This document shows positions 60,373-64,000 of a stretch of DNA of 64,000 nucleotides, one piece after another. The DNA lies in the NCBI GenBank assembly GCA_030704615.1, contig CM060732.1, forward strand, positions 77,314,001 through 77,378,000, given 5' to 3'. The notes beneath the pieces are model-generated. The model made no database searches and was not told the origin of the DNA. It was given only the letters and a program-made list of their open reading frames with translations. The translations under genes were made by a program, and so were the position numbers. This DNA is from Takakia lepidozioides. Taxonomy: Eukaryota; Plantae; Bryophyta. The first letter of the stretch is position 1; each line of letters starts with the position of its first letter.

Positions 60373-62924
60373 AGGTAGGGCACCCTATTATGGATGGCTA
60401 CATTTTAAACCTTTGTTACTTTAACATGTAGATGAGTTATACAATAAAATTTTAACCACATATAAAAAAGTAAATTATTTCTCAACTTTTCTTTTTTTGG
60501 ATTTTTTTAAATTTTATTACAAATATAATATGAATTTTTGAAGATAATGAGTAGATTTTCCTACATTAGACCTGCAAAAGCTATAGTTTGGTTCTAAAAA
60601 ATGTCTACTTTAAAATAATCCAAAGCCCATAGGAGTTTTTTATGTACCGTGGTTAGGAGTTCCATAATCCAAGTGAAAGTCAGTAATAATACATATTTGG
60701 GTGAAAAATAGTGCACAATAATAATAGTGCGTGTTTATAGAACAGACTGGCAGGGTTTGAGTAACGGAGGGAAAGGTAGTGCAAGTTGGCCTTTGACCAA
60801 TCCTGATTGGATGCCATCTCACTCTATTATGACCTATTCCGTATCCTATTTTGGAGTCTTTGCAAACCCTTTGGGCAGTGCATGTTGTTTCTGTTCTGAT
60901 GAACGCGGACCACTACTTGGTCGAACTAGACGGGCATGGCAGAACGAGCAAATGTTACCGATGTGCTAGGGTCGATGGGGAGTAACCTCAGGAAACCAAA
61001 GAGGAATGTAGATACTTAAGCTTAGTGAACTTTTAAGAAATCGTGTTGCATCTGCACTGGGACCGACATTTGTGCAAGCAGGTCTGGATAGATGGTATTG
61101 ATAATGTGCACAAACTCTGGCTAGTTTCCTTGAATAGTGACGGGCATGGCTATGGAATGAACTTTTGTAGTTGAACGATGTGGAGAAGATCAAAATGGAT
61201 CACCTCAAATATGCAAACTCCTTGGTTCTTGTGATGCTCTTGTCATGCCGTTGGAGTGAATGAAGCATGCTATAGGAGCAATGCTGGAGAGCTCAGGGTG
61301 TTTGGATTGGGGCAGAGCACGCCATGGAAGACAACAAGTGGCCCAATGGTTTGTGCAGTTGCGGGAATTGATGTATGTACTTCCCGACGTCTTTTGCATC
61401 TCTCTCAACAGAGACCCATAGATGGAACAAATCTCCTATTCTGTTGGTGTTCTTCTCTAATATCAGGATGACGTCGCTTGAACCATCTCCACCACGAGTT
61501 CCCAGGTATACCCTCAACGAATGGTGTTGCGCACTCTTGTGTGATTTCAGCAACTTTCAATTTCAGTTGTCCGACATTGATGCCATGTCCCAATTCTTGC
61601 ATATCGAAAATCCATTTGACAATGATATCCTCCTCATCTTTGGATAGCACTGTGGAACCACTTGCTGCGACCTGCACTCTCCCATAAAGATGATTTATAA
61701 GAGAAGTTGGAGGAATGTCCATTGGCGAGCAGCAACGTTGATTGGGCAGCCATCATCAACAGCATTTATGGCTGCATTCAGGTCTTCATCAGTCCATTCA
61801 GCTCTCTTTCTTCTTTTGCTCCTGATGCTTGGAACTTGGAATTGAGAATGAAGGGTGTCTTGTCTATCTCTATGTAGGGTGTGTTTGAGGGAGGTGACAT
61901 GTTAGTTGTGGAGAGGGACAAGGATGTAAAGATTGGTTGGCTTTTTGGTGAAAACGATGAGGGTTGAACTTGCAGGTTGAGGACGCAAAGGTTGGGAACA
62001 AGTAAAGATAGGTGATCTAGTGGTAAAAGGAGAGAAATGTGATCTCACATGAACATTGGGAGAAGCATTGGGCAAGCTGGTAATGTCTTGCAAATGAATT
62101 CTGAGAGGGGTTTGAGATTGAGCAAACTGAAATGTGTTTATGTCAAACTCTTGGCTGTCCTCTTGACTATCTTGGAATGTGTAATGTGGATCAGATGGCA
62201 TGGATGATGATCCCTAGACTAAACGATGGTGGAGAGGCCATGCCATGGTTGCAGTCTACTGGTGATGTTCTGCAATAGAAAAAGCAAGGCACAGCATGAC
62301 CAATGTGTCCACTCAAATTGTTGCACACTAAGCTTTTACTGAATGATAGCAACACAAGTATAATTCAATTCAGATTTGCAAATATGCAGAAGGCACATTA
62401 TAGTGCAGCGTTGACAAGTTAAATACAAAAGAGCGACATCCAAAGAAGCTCGTACCTCAAAGTATTGTCTAATGTTGAAAATCCAATGCATGTCTCCAAC
62501 AAAGAACTGTTTGTACGTAGAGGACTAGAGAATGGGGAAAGAGCAGAACACCTTACTGATCCATTTGAACCTAAGGAATATCTATTTTTCACCTCAAGGA
62601 GGTTCTGAAAGGTTCTAGAACCCATTTTGAATTTGAGATGTCCTTGTTCGGAACACGCTCTGGGCGACACGTCGCATGGATGGTAATAATTTCTTTGGAT
62701 GATAAAATACGTACTTGAGAATGTCATCCAAAAATCATTTTATTGATAATGTTTTTATTCATTTATGACACTTACGTGCCCTATTTTGGAGGGGAGTAGA
62801 AACTGACCTCTCCAGGTTAAAGAGAACTTAGAGAACCCTATGGTTCCCGTGTTCTATAGAGCTCCATATCAAGACAACCCCACACCATGACCCAACCGGC
62901 TGACCATATCAGGGCAGCCTACCT
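60373..62924 (-). mobile_element. pogo/Fot1-like Tc1-mariner element, internally deleted
   Basis: Imperfect ~21-bp TIRs AGGTAGG...CCCT..TATGG, TA TSD; empty site CCAG-TA-CATAA at ~52656-52666. Transposase relic at 61460-61820: WTDEDLNAAINAV..IPPTSL (psq-type HTH) and TVLSKDEEDIIVKWI..PGNSWWRWFKRRHP (CENP-B HTH); no DDE seen. Confidence 0.85.
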
Positions 62925-63281
62925 TACATAAGATTTCATACGATCAGCCAACGGCAGTTTATCAGCTCAGCTCTGGATTTTTTCTAGAGTAAAGCTGTTG
63001 TTTCCTTGCCGAGCTTCTAGTAGTAAGCATCTTGACGCCTTTCCATGAGCAATCTCGCTTATATAAATGTTGCTAGATCGCTCAGATCGGACATGTGGGT
63101 CTCCTTCAACGCTCCATCTGGCTACGGATTAGAGTCCAGCGTTGGGATATAATCCTTCACGTGATTGTTGCGTCCCAGTTGTTCAGCAAAGAGCTCGGAG
63201 GAGATTGGTAGCGGGTCTAGCTTGGTCGCTTCGGAGGAACATAGATCTCATGTGTGAAGGATATAGCAGAGAGGGCTCATA

Positions 63282-63680
63282 ATGGAGATCGCTACGTCTA
63301 TAGCTAAGGAGGGAGTAGGGAAGCTGACAAAATCAGATGATCCACAACGCGAGCTTCTTCCGGAAAGTCCCCGCAAGTCCTGCGGCTCTGCCGCAACAGC
63401 CACTACCACTGATATATGGAGCAGTGAGGACGGGGATGAGGGAACTTCCGGGATCGCTCAGAGTGAGAAGGAGAAGGGCGACAACAATTCGGATTCTAGT
63501 TTGCAAGTTACTCCAACAGAGAGCAGAGTTGTATCTGTACTCTTGAAACAGGCAGTGACACCCATGCGCAAGAAGTTGCTTGTGCTGAACATGAATGGGC
63601 TCTTGTTGGCTGCTTACCATACGAATGAGCAGCAACCTCGTGCAATCGCCAGTTGCAAGGTTGGCAGGCGTTACGTGTAA
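63282..63680 (+). pseudogene. Truncated second copy of the HAD/NIF gene
   Basis: Promoter and 5' coding region colinear with 52670-53415; similarity ends abruptly at ~63676 (TGTAAAGG..., possibly another insertion running off the window). Confidence 0.9.
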
Positions 63681-64000
63681 AGGATCTGACTCTCTTTTCT
63701 TTGTCCAACTATGACAAAATTTCAGGCGCTTTGCTTGGTTTGCTGTTCACAGGGAATTTACCAAAACTCCAAGGAAAAATTGCTCGGGATTTTGTTTCAA
63801 CCGGACTCTCATCTATATCTGAATTCCAGCCAAGGCCCTATTCTTATTCCACTTCCCTCATTTACAAATTCACAGATCGATCAAGTGATCGTCACTCCTA
63901 CTCTGGCCTGATTCCTTGTTCAAAAGATCTCCCTGTCAACCTATGTACTCATCTCATGCCATTCTATCTATGCACAGTACTGGACTACGATGTCCAGTCC

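Overview
Eukaryotic nuclear DNA from a land plant, probably a non-seed plant (bryophyte, lycophyte or fern; inferred from the homogenised PLS-PPR style and the F-box type). Most genes are spliced, so the ORF track only catches fragments. Intact conserved genes: an 18-exon ERD6-like sugar transporter (+), a plastid NFU2/3-like Fe-S scaffold (+), a WDR89/GTS1-like WD40 protein (-), a PLS-E-DYW PPR editing factor (+), geranylgeranyltransferase-I beta subunit (-) and an intronless FCP1/NIF-type HAD protein (+). Between them are many decayed paralogues: three PPR pseudogenes plus a DYW fragment, two F-box pseudogenes, an ASR/ABA-WDS pseudogene and a second truncated HAD copy. Nested transposons include a tandem non-autonomous Helitron-like array, a CACTA element, a Tourist MITE, a pogo-like element, a putative LTR and LINE relics. 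Three observations stand out. (1) OSB-type 'PDF' ssDNA-binding motifs sit at the N-terminus of the PPR editing-factor family, intron-split in one copy and intron-less in another. (2) A head-to-tail Helitron-like array holds a 1.35 kb PPR fragment. (3) A HAD gene lacking its catalytic Asp sits in the loop of a ~1.5 kb inverted repeat, and the cassette is partly duplicated downstream. All coordinates were read by eye and may be off by a few bases; no database searches were run.
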